Assembly (NCBI GenBank): GCA_030390025.1
Contig: CM059438.1
Coordinates: 60,762,001 to 60,826,000, forward strand
Length of the DNA stretch: 64,000 bases
From: Squalus acanthias
Lineage: Eukaryota
Direction: 5' to 3'
Positions 24,501-38,216 of this stretch are shown here, piece by piece. Under the pieces are notes generated by a model. That model was not told the DNA's origin. It ran no database searches and saw only the letters and a program-made list of their open reading frames with translations. A program made the translations under genes and the position numbers. Each line of letters opens with the position of its first letter. Position 1 is the first letter of the stretch.

Positions 24501-25666
24501 GGTTTCACTGGTCTGGTCAGTGCAGACTGAGCTCACAGATACAGAACGGCCACTTGGGCAAAGTCCTGGAGAAGAGTCGGTGGAATCTTATCCCAGCAAG
24601 AGGAAATGCTGCACTGATCTCATTGGTGCCATTAGCTCCGCTGTCACATTAGCCAGTGGCCACGATGCGGCAGTGCCCAGCGGCAGCAACATGGCTGGAG
24701 TGGGAATGGACACTGGTGCTGCCTTTGCACCAACCCCCTTCTGATGGCCGCAAATTGGGAAATGCAAAGGGCCAGGCCCCACCCACGCAGCAGCAGGAGT
24801 GGTGCCGCCTGCAGCTGGTGCATCTCAGTACTCCACTGCTGGGAGGTGAGGACGACCTCCATCTCAAGAGGTTCTTATGCACACACTTCAGCGAAACCTC
24901 TCACGTACTTTTGTCACCCAACAACAACAACAACAGCTTGCATTTATATAGCGCCTTTCACGTAGAAAACCGTCCCTCAGGTAGCACCTAGACAAAGCAC
25001 AAGACTAATTTTCAGAGCACACAGATTGCCCAATGTTACTAAGGGGAAGCCCTCCGTCTACGTTTCAAAGTTAAGAGGTGTCCTATATGAGAACGTGCCA
25101 ACTGGCTCTAGTAGCCACTGATGAAACATGCTTGCAAACCTTTGCAAGAATGCTCCCTGCACACACAACAACTTCAGTGCAACCAGATTTTTAATCTCTA
25201 AAAACGTGTTTGAGTGTCTAACGTTTGCTTCCACAGTGATTCCCCTCCGTGACGGTGTGTGGTCCATGTGCTCTTAAACTTAGTCTTGTGTTTTGACTAG
25301 GTCCTCCCTGACGGATGTTTTTGGAGAGTGAAGTTGTGCAATGTACAGCACACCAATGCGGTCCTAAGGAACCTTAGCCAAATTGTATTGGAGGACGCCC
25401 CAGAAGTGCTGCTTCAACGTGGCGCTGGTGTACTCGCCAGTTACTCAAGTAGCAATTCCTATGTTCTTATACTGCCTGTGGCACCTTAGACTGATCTGGA
25501 GGAGTAGAAGTTAAGGGCTGTTATGACCCACACAGCCGTTGGCAGTGCTGTGACTGAGGGTGAGGTTTGACTGCAGATCATTTTTGCAGCATGTGGTGAA
25601 ATTCAGTCACAGTCTTCCTTGTAAATCTCAGACCTGCACAAATGCTGCTCCTCCGACAGTTCACAC

Positions 25667-25822
25667 AGAATCCCCACAGTGCAGATAGAGGCCATTTCGG
25701 CCCATCGAGCCTGCACCGACACATATCCCACCCTATCCCCGTAACCCCACGTATTTAATCCCCCTAACACTAAGGGTCAATTTATCATAGCCAAATCAAC
25801 CTAACCCGCACATCTTTGGACT
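25667..25822 (-). mobile_element. HE1-like (V-SINE) 3' fragment
   Basis: Resembles the recalled elasmobranch HE1 body (AGTCCAAAGATGTGCGGGTTAGGT..GATGGGCCGAAATGGCCTCT..CTGTGGGGATTCT). Confidence 0.65.
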
Positions 25823-26256
25823 TGTTATAAGTAGCTTTGCCTCAGTCTGCAAACGCAGGTGCAAGGGGTACTGGCAGGTGTGCCTCCTGTGCAGTATGAC
25901 CTGCCTTGTTTACCCCCCCGTTGGTCTTCCTTTTCTTTTTCCAACAATCAAATGGTGGAGGGCAGTGGTGAGCTTGCAAATGGATCCCCATTGTGCAACT
26001 AATGCGTTTCAAACAAAATATCCTGGCCCAACAGTTGCCGCAAAAGGAACCTGAATATCTAAGTGACAAAAAGAAGAAAACAAAGGAAGTAAATGAGTTA
26101 ACAAATAGGGTGTAAATTCTCTTTGCAGACTTCCAATTGGGCTTTTTAAAAGCACTTTACTGAACAGGTTTTTTTTATTCGTTTATGGGATGTGGGCGTC
26201 GCTGGCAAGGCCAGCATTTATTGCCCATCCCTAATTGCCCTTGAGAAGGTGGTGGT

Positions 26257-29200
26257 TTTTACATCTTGACCTAACATTCATTAGTCAAGGAGACAGGATG
26301 TCTTTTTACTATTTATTAAAACACTGTAATAGGACATTACATTAAGAACTGTAACAGACAGCCAAACTTCTCTCCCTGAGGTAGGGGATGAAAACTTGCC
26401 TGAACTTGCCCCTCAGGCTCCAGCCCCTCCCTCTCTGTATGGCCGGGGGACTGGGTCAAAAGCAATCTCAAAACACAACACTCCTTTCCCCCAGATAAAA
26501 CCCCTTAGTCCTCCAGACGTCTGGGACGGAATTTAACTCGACTTGAGCGCCGCGGGACAGGCATATTCGGGGTGTCACTGTTAGCCTCAGGAAAACCTTC
26601 CTCCGTGGTTGATGACTCTATGACACCCTCTGTGGACGTGGCTTCCGTCGTTGTTGCAGGAAGCAGGCCGTCACTGCTTGGCAGAGGTGGCGGAGACAAT
26701 GGTCTAGCCTTTGATGTCTCAGTTACTCTCGCTGGAGTACGACCCCGTAGCTGGTCTACGTGGCGTCTGTATAGCTGGCCATCAGGTGTACGGACGCTGT
26801 ACGACAGGGGACCCGTGGCCTGCTCCACCACGGCAGGCATCCATTTGTCTCCTCCTGTATAGCAACGGGCAAACACAGTCTCTGACGGCTCGAACTGCCT
26901 GGCGGTGCCCTGGTGCTTCTTAGCCAGCACCTCTTGTTTTGTGTGCATCTCGTCCTTGTAGTCCGGGTGTAGCCGGTCCAGTGCAGTCGCCAGCCGGCGA
27001 CCCATCAGCATCTCAGCAGGACTCTTCCCCGTTGCTGAGTTTGGTGTGGTATGCTGTGATAACAGGAACCTGGCCAATCTGGTTTGCCAGTCCCCCACCG
27101 ATATCCTCACCAGTGCCTCTTTTGTGGTTTGCACCATCCTCTCTGCCTGCCCATTAGAGGAGGGGTGATAGGGCGCTGTGGTCACGTGGCGGATCCCGTT
27201 TCTGCTTGCAAAAGCCTTGAACTCCGCTGACGTGAAGGCTGCTCCATTGTCTGAAACCAGCACGTCGGGGACCCCATGTGTGGCAAACAGCAAACGCAAC
27301 GTGTTGATCACTGCCCTGGATGTCATGGAGTTCATAATAGCCACCTCCAGCCATTTCGAATGCGAATCAACCACTATTAAAAAGACCTTCCCTTGAAAAG
27401 GCCCTGCAAAGTCAACGTGGAGTCTTGACCATTTACGAGTGGTCCACTCCCAGGGGTGAAGGGGAGCCTTGGGTGGGCTATGGCGGGTCAGCTGACATGT
27501 CTCACAGCTCTTTACCACCTCCTCCACGTCTTGGTCCAACCCCGGCCACCAGACGTAGCTTCTCGCCAACGCCTTCATGTGCACAATCCCAGGGTGTGAG
27601 TCATGCAGCATTTTCAGCACCTCCTTTCTTGCGGCGGCAGGAACCACCACACAGCTTCCCCAGAGCACACAGTTCCTGTGTGCAGACATTTCATGGCGCC
27701 TCTGAACGAAGGGCTTGAAACGCTCCTCCTGGACCTCGGAGGGCCAGCCGTGCAGCAGCCAGCGTAGCACCCGTGATAAGACTGGATCCTTCTGTGTGAG
27801 GCTGCCAATCCGCTGGGCATGGAGTGGGGCCTCCGGGACCTGCTCCAGTAGCAGCACCTCCAGGGGTGGTGGCGTCTCAGCCATCGGCCGGTTCAAGGGC
27901 AAGCGACTCAGAGCATCAGCATTAGCCAGCATCTTCCCAGGCCTGTAGCAAAGTTCATAACTGTAGGCCCCCAACATCAGACTCCACCGAAGCATACGCG
28001 GTGATATGATTAGGGGCATGGGCTTGGAGTGATGCAGGAGCCCCAAGAGTGGCTTGTGGTCCGTGTAGATGACGAACTGTCTCCCTAACAGGTACTGGCT
28101 GAACTTCTTTACCCCAAATATGATGGCTAAGGCCTCCTTGTCAATCTGGGCGTAGTTACGTTCTGTTGTTGAGAGTGTTCTTGAGGCAAAACTGATAGGC
28201 GCCTCCCGGCCATCTGGCTCTATGTGACCCAATAGAGCTCCCAGCCCGTATGGTGAGGCATCACACACCAACACCAATGGTTTGTTTTCATCATAGTGTG
28301 CCAGAACCTTATCTGCTTGTAGCAGTTCCTTTGCCTGTCTGTAGGCTGTTTCATGATCTGAGGTCCAGTTCCACACTGTTGCTTGGTCTAACAGCCTGTG
28401 CAGTGGCTCTAAGATTGTGGCTTTGCCCTTGAGAAAACAACTGTAGAAGTTTAACAGTCCGAGGAATGCCTGCAGTTCGGTCTTGTTCTTGGGGTTGGGA
28501 GCGCTCCTGATAGCCTCCACCTTCTCCGTAGTCGGATGCACACCGTCTTTGTCCACTCGGAATCCCAAGAACTCCACCCCATTGGCAGCGAACACACATT
28601 TCTCCTTCTGAAGGCGTAGTCCTACCTCAGCCAGCCGGCGTAGTACTTCCTGCAGCCGCTCATCATGGGCTTCCTGTGTCTTGCCTGTAATTAGTATGTC
28701 ATCCAGGTAAGGCTGAACTCCCGGAACACCAGCCAACAGGGTGTCCATGAACCTCTGAAAGATTGCCACAGCCGTCGACACCCCAAACTGCAGCCTTGCG
28801 GCTCGGAAAAGTCCTCTGTGGGTGTTGATTGTCAATAGCTCGGCTGACTTTTCATCCAGGACCAGTTGCTGGTATGCTTGCTTGAGATCCAGCTTGGTGA
28901 ACAGGGTGCCTCCAGCCAGTGTTGAAAACAGCTCTGTAACTGTTGGTAAGGGATACACATCTGGTAGCACAGCAGTATTAACCGTACATCTGTAATCTCC
29001 ACAGATTCGCAGGCCCCCATCCTTCTTTGCAATGGGCACGATAGGGGTGGCCCAATGGGAGTTCTTCACTGGTATAAGAACCCCTTGGTTCACCAGCTTA
29101 TCCAGGGTCTCATCCACCTTCTTGCGCAACGCAAAAGGAACTGGTCGCGCCTTGAAAACTTAGGCGCTACCCCTGGGTCCACTTCGATTGAGACTGGCGG

Positions 29201-30816
29201 TCCCCGACAGGCCCCGAGCTCACCAAAAACCTCTTCATAGTTCTCCAACATAGGCATTATGGGCTGTCGCTGTACCGTGTGTACTCCTGTCACTCCAATA
29301 CCAAGGGGCTCAAACCAATCTCTGCCCAGCAGGCTTGTGCCCTGCCCCGCCACCACATAAAGCGGAAGTGTGTCCTTGACTGCCCGATACTTAACTTTCA
29401 CATGAATCATACCCAGCACTTGGAGTTGGGCTTGGGACCACTGCCGTAGCACGCCACTGACCTGAGCCATCACCGGGGGTTCACTTGGCCACAGCCTATT
29501 GTAAGTCTCTTCACTTATCAACGAACACGCTGAGCCTGAATCCACCTCCATGCCGAGTGGTGCCCCATTCACGATCACATTTGCTGTGTATCCCCACCGT
29601 CTGTGGTGTCGCTGCTCAGCTTCCGTGGTATACACTGTATACTCATCGTTGTCCTCCCGTGTCAGGGTGTGTGTCTGCGATGCTTGTGTTGGCTCTGCTG
29701 CAGCAGCCTGAGCTTTCTTCATGCAGACACGAGCTATGTGTCCTCTTTTCTTACAGAAATGACATACCGCTGACACAAATTTGCATGTAGTGGCACCATG
29801 GAGAGCCCCACAGCGGAAACATTTTCTTCCTGTCTGTTTAGTTGCCTCCCTGTCACTCGCAGCATCAGCTGCGTGTGTGGTCTTGTGCACACCCTCGGCG
29901 GCCCGAGGTGGCGCTGCTTCTATACGTAGCATACCTGTGTTCATCGACGCAGCCTCTGCTGCTAAAGCCTTCTCCTCGGCCAGTCGGAACGTCAGGGCCT
30001 TGTCCGCTAACAGCTGTTTCTGCAATGCCGAGTCCAGCACTCCACACACAATCCGATCACGGAGCATATTGTCTAAATGGTCACCAAAATTACAATGTAC
30101 CGAGCATTTCCTCAACTCAGCAATGTACCTTGAAATAGATTGTCCAGGCTGTTGTTTACAATTGTGAAAATGGAAACGCTGCACAATTTCTGAGGGTTTT
30201 GGGTTGAAATGTTGCTGCAGTATTTCTATCAAGTCCTTATAATCCACCTCACTAGGTTTATGAGGAACCACCAATGAACGCAGGACAGAGTAAGTAGCCG
30301 CTCCGCATACACTGAGCAACACTGAGCGCTTCTTCTCTTCTCTTCTGCGTATTCCTCCCATGAACTGTCCTCATCCCCAGAGAACTCTTCAATACGTCCC
30401 AAGGCCGTCATCGTGTTAATGTGCGCTGTCCCTTTCAGATCCACGTGGTCAGAGTTACAATAGCTAAACTCACGTTAGTTGCCTGGATGTTATTAGCTGG
30501 GTGGCCCGCTCGTCGCAATATCCAATATCAGATTCGTAGGTTCGCGTCTATCTCCGTCCTTCTAGAGAGTCCGACAACCGCCTCGTCGCCAGTTTTACAT
30601 CTTGACCTAACATTCATTAGTCAAGGAGACAGGATGTCTTTTTACTATTTATTAAAACACTGTAATAGGACATTACATTAAGAACTGTAACAGACAGCCA
30701 AACTTCTCTCCCTGAGGTAGGGGATGAAAACTTGCCTGAACTTGCCCCTCAGGCTCCAGCCCCTCCCTCTCTGTATGGCCGGGGGACTGGGTCAAAAGCA
30801 ATCTCAAAACACAACA
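26257..30816 (-). mobile_element. Ty3/Gypsy LTR retrotransposon, Mag-like
   Basis: Identical 224-bp LTRs (26257-26480, 30593-30816), TSD GTGGT, PBS TGGCGACGAGG (complementary to the tRNA-Ser(GCU) 3' end), PPT GGGGAAAGGAG. Confidence 0.96.
26505..30411 (-). pseudogene. Mag-like gag-pol, disrupted (lesion near 30340, frameshift near 29155); RT-RNaseH-integrase portion open
   Basis: MTALGRIEEF..W, LRDRIVCG, CCHC knuckles, VDSGS, YLDD, CDAS, HPGI..C, DFAGP, SDNG, NGQAER. Confidence 0.88.
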
Positions 30817-32749
30817 GTGGTGAGCCGCCTTCTTGAACCGCTGCAGTCCCGTGTGGTGAAGGTACTCCCACAGTGCTGTTAGGGAGGAAGTTCCAGGATT
30901 TTGACCCAGCGACGATGAAGGATCGGCGATATACTTCCAAGTCAGGATGGTGTGTGACTTGGAGGGGAACTTGGAGGTGGTGGTGTTCCTGTGTGCCTGC
31001 TGCCCTTGTCCTTCTAGGTGGAAGAGGTCGCGGGTTTGGGAGGTGCTGCCGAAGAAGCCTTGGCGAGTTGCTGCAGTGCATCTTGTAGATGGTACACACT
31101 GCAGCCACGGTGTGCTGGTGGTGGTGGAGGGAGTGAATGTTTCAGGTGGTGGATGGGGTTCCAATCAAGTGGACTGCTTTGTCCTGGATGGTGTCGAGCT
31201 TCTTGAGTGTTGTTGGAGCTGCACTCATCCAGGCAAGTGGAGAGTATTCCATCACACTCCTTACTTGTGCCTTGTAGATGGTGGAAAGGCTTTGGGGAGT
31301 CAGGAGGTGAGACACTCGCCGCAGAATACCCAGCCTCTGACCTGCTCTTGTTGCCACATTATTTATGTGGCTGGTCCAGTTAAGTTTCTGGTCAATGGTG
31401 ACCCCCAGGATGTTGATGGTGGGGGATTTGATGATCGTAATGCCGTTGAATGTCAAGGGCAGGTGGTTAGACTCTCGCTTGTTGGAGATAGTCATTGCCT
31501 GGCACTTCTGTGGCGGGAAGGTTACCTGCCACTTATCAGCCCAAGCCTGAACGTCATCCAGGTCTTGTTGCATGCGGGCATGGACTGCTTCATTATCTGA
31601 TGAATTGTGAATGGTGCTGAACACTGTGCAGTCATCAGGGAACATTCCCATTTCTGACCCTATGTTGGAGGGAAGGTCATTGATGAAGCAGCTGAAGATG
31701 GTTGGGCCTACGACACTGCCCTGAGGAACTCCTGCAGCGATGTCCTTGGACTGTGATGATTGACCTTCAACCACCACATTGCCACAGAGGGCAGTGTACG
31801 CCAGCTCATTAAATATATTTAAGAGGGAATTAGATATATTTCTACAGGCAAAAGGGGTTAAGGGTTACGGAGAGAAGGCGGGGACGGGATACTGAATTGG
31901 AGGATCAGCCATGATCTCATTAAATGGCGGAGCAGGCTCGAAGGGCCGGATGGCCTACTCCTGCTCCTATCTTCTATGTATCTATGTATCTATGTAACCA
32001 TCTTCCTTTGTGCTAGGTATGACTCCAGCCAGTGGAGCATTTCCCCCCCGATTCCCATTGACTTCAGTTTTACTAGGGCTTATTGGAGCCTATATTTTTG
32101 ATTGTTTCCGACCCATCTCATTGTATATCTTTCAGCTAGCAAAATTTAGATCATTCACCAAGACAACTCACAACTCTCTTTGAGAGTGTCCTCACCAACC
32201 TTGATAACTCGGTAAGTTAGGATAACGAGCAGAACAAACTTTTTGTCAATTGCTTTTGGCTAATGGAATTATCCTACAGCCCCATAGGGTCTCTTCCCTG
32301 CCGTTGATAAATGTAAAGCATCGAAACTTCAGACCTAGTTTAAAAAAAGAAAGACTTGCATTTCCAGATCACCTTTCACGACCTCAGGACATTTAAAGCG
32401 CTTTACAGCCAATGAAGTACTTTTGAAATGTAGTCACTGTTGTAATGTAGGAAACGCAGCAGCCAATGTGCGCACAGCAAGCTCCCACTAACAGCACTGA
32501 GTTTAAATTATTAAGTGATTTAAAAAAAATGAACGAGCAAATAACTAACAGTGATATAATACATATATACGTTTACAGTAGAAATACTTCTGGCTTGCTT
32601 CTCCAAAAAAAATTGAGGTTTCAATCTAATGCAAAGCTATTGTTTTATAGAATACTTTTATATACACAATGTTTCCTTTCTTGTATTTCTTGCCACTGTG
32701 GGAGCTGATGCTGGTTGAAACTATTCTCTTGAAAAGGGGAGATTGAACA

Positions 32750-33290
32750 ACAACTTGCATTTATATAGTGCCTTTAACATAGTAAAACATCCCAAGGCGC
32801 TGCACAGGAGCGTTTTCAAACAAAAGTTGGCACCGAGCCTCATAAGGAGATATTAGGACAGGTGACGAAAAAGAGGTAGGTTTTAAGGAGCGTCTTAAAG
32901 GAGGAGAGAGAGGTGGAGGCGGAGAGGTTTTAGGGAGGGATTTCCAGAGCTTAGGGCCTCGGCAGCTGAAGGCACGGCCGTCAATGGTGGAGCGATTAAA
33001 ATCGTGGATGTGCACAAGAATTGGAGGAGTGCAGAGATCTTGGAGGGTTGTAGTGGTGGAGAGGTTACAGAGATAGGGAGGGCGAGGCCATGGAGGGATT
33101 TGAAAACAAAGATACGAATTTTAAAATCGAGGCATTGCTGGACCGGGAGCCAATGTAGGTCTGTGAGCACAGGGGTGATGGGCGAACGGGACTTGGTGCG
33201 AGTTAGGATACGGGCAGCAGAGTTTTGGATGAGCTCAAGTTAACTGAGGGTGGAGGTGGGAGGCCGGCCAGGAGATCATTGGAATTGTCA
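32750..33290 (-). mobile_element. L2 3' fragment
   Basis: LTDLHWLPV motif and L2 tail at ~32750. Confidence 0.85.
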
Positions 33291-33930
33291 ATTTAATAGA
33301 GGTGTTCAAAATTGTGAGGGATTTTGATACAGTAAATAAGGAGAAACTGTTTCCACTGGCAGGAGGGTCAGTAACCAGAGGTAATTGGCAAAAGAACCAG
33401 AGGAAATATGAGGAGAAATTGTTTTACACAGTGAGTTGTTTTGATTTGGAATGCACTGCCTGAAAGGATGGTGGAAGCAGATTCAATAAAAACTTTCAAA
33501 AGGGAATTGGATAAATACTTGAAAAGGAAAAATTTGCAGGGCTATGGGGAAAGAGCAGAGTAGTGGGACTAATTGGAGAGCTCTTTCAAAGAGCTGGCAC
33601 AGGCATAATGGGCCAAATGGCCTCCTTCTGTGCTGTATAATTCTATGACTCCAAGACTCAAGTACCTGCAGTACTGTACCTGCAGCTCCTTAGCTGTCTT
33701 GGAAGACAGATACTGGAACGTCCTAGATTTGAATAGATGTCATCACTTTCACAAATTAGTGTCTGTCATAAATACAACTGAACAAATCTTACAGCCTTTG
33801 TTTGTAAGTAGCTGCGCTGCTCCCTCGTGGTTTATAGACAACCAATTGAAACTTGAAGCACTTGTATTGAGTTGAGCTTGATATGAGAGTCTGGCTACAA
33901 CTGGCTTTTAAATAGAGAGCAGGATAGTAG

Positions 33931-36900
33931 TGTTGAGGCTGCCGCGAAACACGAATTAAGGCTGAATCCATTTGTGTTAAACAAGAAACTTTTTAATCAC
34001 AGCATGGTACAAAATGGCTGAGAAAGCTGCTCCCAGAATTCTCTGGAAAAACCCTGAAGCCCCGCCCACTCCTGTCTTAAAGGTAAGGTGCCTTAAAGGG
34101 AAGGTTCACCGATATATTGTCCACAGACGGAAAAGTGGGTTATGCCCGTTTAGGTGGCGATCCGCCACACAGCTCCCCCCAGAATCCGCTTAGGAGGTGT
34201 GGACGAGACGGTGCGGCGGTCTGATGGGCCGGCCGGAGCGGGTCTTGTAGGACGCCGGTGGATGTGGAACGGCCGGGCGTGGAGCAGCCGGGTGAACTGG
34301 CTTGAGGGCAGATCGGCTGCGTGGAGGTGGACGAGCTACAGGGACCTGCTCACCGGGCTCCGAGTGTGCTGGCTTGAGTCGATCAACCGACACTTTTTCG
34401 GTCCTGTCGCCCACTTGCAGGGTGGAAAATTTGTCCCCAGCCTGCAGCACCTTGTAAGGCCCGTCGTACGGGGGTTGAAGGGGTCCGCGGTGGGCGTCGT
34501 GCCGGACGAAAACAAACCGTGCCTGGTGCAGGCTTAGTGGGACGTGTGAGGTGGATTCGCCGTGTCGAGCAATGGGCACCGTTGCGAACTGCAGCGCCGG
34601 TGAGGCGAAGTCGTGGCGTTGCTGGTCGGCTGACCAGGGTGTCATGGCGGTGGGCAGGAACTCGCCGGGTACGCGCAGCGGCTGACCGTACACGAGCTCT
34701 GCTGCCGATGCGTGGAGGTCTTCTTTAACCGCGGTGCATAGGCCGGGGAGGACCCACGGAAGTCGGTCAGTCCAGGCGCCGTCTTGGAGGCTGGCTCGAA
34801 GAGATGCCTTCAAGGATCTGTGGAACCGCTCACACAGTCCGTTGGCTTGGGGGTGGTATGCTGTGGTGCGGTGAATGGTCACCCCGAGATTGCATGCGAC
34901 GGCGGTCCAGAGTTCAGAGGTAAATTGCAGACCTCTGTCCGACGTCATGTCGGAGGGGACGCCGAACCGTGCGACCCAGGTGCTGACGAAGGCTCTGGCG
35001 ATGTCGGCGGTGGTGGTAGAGGTCAGTGGAATTGCCTCAGGCCAGCGTGTGGTGCGGTCAACGATGGTCAGCAAGTGCGTGTGGCCTTGCGACGGCGGCA
35101 GGGGCCCGACGATGTCCACGTGGATGTGGTCGAATCTCCGCGAGGGGACGGTAAACTCCTCGAGGGGTGCTTTCGTGTGTTGCTGTACCTTGGCCCGTTG
35201 GCAGGCTAGGCAGGAGTTGGCCCAAGTACGCACATCCTTGTGAAGGCCGCGCCAGACAAAGCGGTTGGCTACCAATTTGATGGATGCGCGGGCGCCGGGG
35301 TGGGAGAGGTTGTGGAGAATGTCGAATACCCGGCGGCGCTGGGACGACGGGCCGAGGTTGACATAGGGATATGTCGCACTTGACCGTGACTGCGGTCGGG
35401 CCACAGGCGACGTCGGCCAGGCGTAGCCCTGGTAGGTTGGTGGGTGCGGAGAGCAGATCAGGGTCGGTGATCTGGTCTGCTGCGAGTTGAGCGTAGTCGA
35501 CTGCTAGGTGTGCGGCGTGGATGGCGGGGCGGGAGAGGCAGTCGGCTACCACATTGTCTCGGCCAGAGACGTGTTGGATGTCCGTGGTGAACTCGGACAC
35601 TGCCGCGAGCTGGCGCTGCTGCCTGGCGGACCAGGGGTCGGTTGTCTTTGCCATTGCGAATGTCAGGGGCTTGTGGTCGACAAACGCAGTGAAGGGGTGG
35701 CCCTCAAGCAAAAACCGGAAATGGCGGACCGCCAGGAACAGCGCGAGGAGCTCGCGGTCGAAGGTGCTGTACTTGACCTCCGGGGGGCGCAGTTGGCGGC
35801 TGAAGAAGGCAAGTGGTTGCCAGGCGCCGTCGACCCACTGCTCATACACGGCGCCGACCGCGTGGTCGGAGGCGTCCGTGGCGAGCGCTACCCTGGCATT
35901 GGGCCGTGGGTGTGCGAGCAGGGTGGCGTTGGCGAGCGCGGTCTTGGTGGAATCGAAGGCGGCGGACGCGTCTGCCGTCCATTCGACTGCCATCTTGCCG
36001 CTCCTGCCCCGGAGGGCTTCATACAGGGGCCTCATGAGGGACGCCGCTTTGGGGATGAAATTGTTGGACGGCCTGCACCTTGGTGGGCAGGGGAATGGAT
36101 CCCGCATGGGTGATGTGGTGGCCGAGGAAGTCGATCTTGTCCAGGCCGAACTGGCATATGGCTGGGCTGAGGATGAGCCCGTGGTTGCTGAGGCGCCCGA
36201 ACAGGATGCGAAGGTGTTCGAGGTGTTCCTGCTTGGAGGAACTGGCTACCAGGATGTCGTCCAGGTAGACGAACAGGAACTTCAGGTCCCGGAGGACCGA
36301 GTCCATGAGCCGTTGGAATGCCTGGGCCGCGTTTTTGAGGCCGAAGGGAATCCGCAGGAACTCGAACAGGCCGAAGGGGGTGATTACGGCCGTCTTGGGG
36401 ACGTCCGCGGGGTGGACGGGGACTTGGTGGTAGCCGCGCACCAGGTCGACCTTGGAAAAGACTGAGCGGCCGGCCAGTCTAGCCGAGAAGTCCTGAATGT
36501 GCGGCACGGGGTACCGATCAGGGGTGGTGGCGTCATTGAGGCGGCGGTAATCCCCGCAGGGGCGCCCACCTCCGCCTGGTTTGGGGGCGATGTGGAGTGG
36601 GGAGGCCCAGGGACTGTTGGAGCGGCGGATGATGCCGAGCTGTTCCATGGTGGCAAACTCGGTCCGCGTGATCTCCAGTTTGGCCGGGTCCAGCCTGCGG
36701 GCGTGGGCGTACACTGGGGGGCCTGTGGTGGGGATGAAGTGTTCCACCCCGTGTTTGGCGGCCTCCGCGGAGAAGGTCGGATTGGTAAGGGCCGGGAATT
36801 CGGCCAGGAGTGCCGAGTAGTCATCCGTGGCCCAGGCGTGGCACTGTGACGCCATGTCGGCGGGTTGACGGGGGGCCATGGTGCCCAGGATGGGGGACAT

Positions 36901-38216
36901 GGTGTTCATGTCCACGAGGCGGTGACGAGGGATGTCTACCAGTAGGCCGTGGGCGCACAGGAAATCTGCGCCGATGAGGGGGGAGAGCACCTTGGCAGTG
37001 ATGAACTCCCATCGGTAGCGGTGACCAGCGAGGTCGAGGGTGACTGTCCGGGTGCCATACGTCCGGATTTCCGAGCCGTTAGCAGCAGCCAGCGCCGGTC
37101 CTCGTTCGCCCTTTTGGATGTCGAGGGAGGAGGCCGGGATGATGCTGTGCTGAGCCCCAGTGTCGCACAGGAACCGGTGGCTGGTTTTGTCATCCGTGAC
37201 GAACAGCAGGGAGCCCGCGTGGCCCACGGCCATCGCGGGGGCTGGAACGGGGGCGGACTTGAAAGAGCAGGGAGGTGTGAACCGTTGTGCCCTGGCGCCG
37301 AACCGTGCGTGGTAGTAACAGTGGCCCGGGTTAGTGGGGCGTGAAGGCCCCGTGGGCCTGGTGACAGGCCCTTGTGGCCGCGTGCTGGATGGTGAGGGGC
37401 GCGCCCAGGCATTGGCTGCCAGGTCCGGAGTGACGTCGCGGCTGGAGTGAGCGGACAGCAGCTTGTTGGCCTCATCAGCCAGGGCTTCCAGGTTCGTGAG
37501 GCCGGACGCCACGATCGCTGGGCGGATGCTGAGAGGGAGCTGGCGGATGAACAGCGTGCGGAAGAGGGATGCGGCTGGGCTCTCGTCGGTGAGGGAGAGC
37601 ATGTGGGAGAGGAGGTCTGACGGTGAGGCATCACCGAGGCCTGGAAGGTCGAGGAGGTGGCAGTTTCGCTGATATGCCGAGGCCGTAAATTTTTTAAGGA
37701 GCGCTGTCCTGAGATGTGCGTACTTGCCTTCCTCTGGTGGGTTCTGCAGCGTTGTCCAAACCTTGGAAACTGCGGCGCTACCGAGTGATGTGACGAGATA
37801 GTCGTACTTCGTCCCATCTGTGGTGATATTTCGCAGCCGGAAGCAAGATTCAGCTTGGAGAAACCAGGCTTCGGGCTGGTTTTCCCAAAAGTCCAGCAGT
37901 TTCACGGAAACTGCGTTCGTGTCCGCCATTGCAGTGCTCGGAATACGTTCTGAGCGTTGGGGTCACCAATGTTGAGGCTGCCGCGAAACCCGCATTAAGG
38001 CTGAATCCATTTGTGTTAAACAAGAGACTTTTTAATCACAGCATCACAGCATGGTACAAAATGGCTGAGAAAGCTGCTCCCAGAATTCTCTGGAAAAACC
38101 CTGAAGCTCCACCCACTCCTGTCTTAAAGGTAAGGTGCCTTAAAGGGAAGGTTCACCGATATATTGTCCACAGACGGAAAAGTGGGTTATGCCCGTTTAG
38201 GTGGCGATCCGCCACA
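33931..38216 (-). mobile_element. Ty3/Gypsy LTR retrotransposon, CsRn1-like
   Basis: TG..CA LTRs at 33931-34169 and 37970-38216 (5 substitutions plus an 8-bp duplication), 4-bp TSD GTAG, PBS TGGTGACCCC (tRNA-Trp), G-rich PPT at ~34170-34181. Confidence 0.95.
34190..37929 (-). pseudogene. CsRn1-like gag-pol, broken into three frames
   Basis: AVSVKLLDFWENQPEAWF (Gag), CDTGA, DLVRGYHQ, YLDD, TDAS, HPG, DIVGP, SDRG, NGLCER, GPY motif; frame breaks near 36070 and 35345. Confidence 0.88.

Larger units (their letters stand above)
26167..32080 (-). mobile_element. CR1/L2-group LINE (second family), 3' part, interrupted by an LTR element and a CR1 tail (31779-31995)
   Basis: GVPQGSVVGP, FPDDCT and MEYSPLAWMSAAPTTLKKLD motifs; poly-T tail at 26169; same family at 42478-43313 and 59905-63773. 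Confidence 0.85.

Noticed and set aside
24520..25500. Overlapping short ORFs in moderately GC-rich DNA
   Set aside because: No recognisable motifs or convincing splice sites; left unassigned.
35508..36465. Long + strand ORFs (201 and 314 aa)
   Set aside because: Antisense shadows of the GC-rich pol gene.
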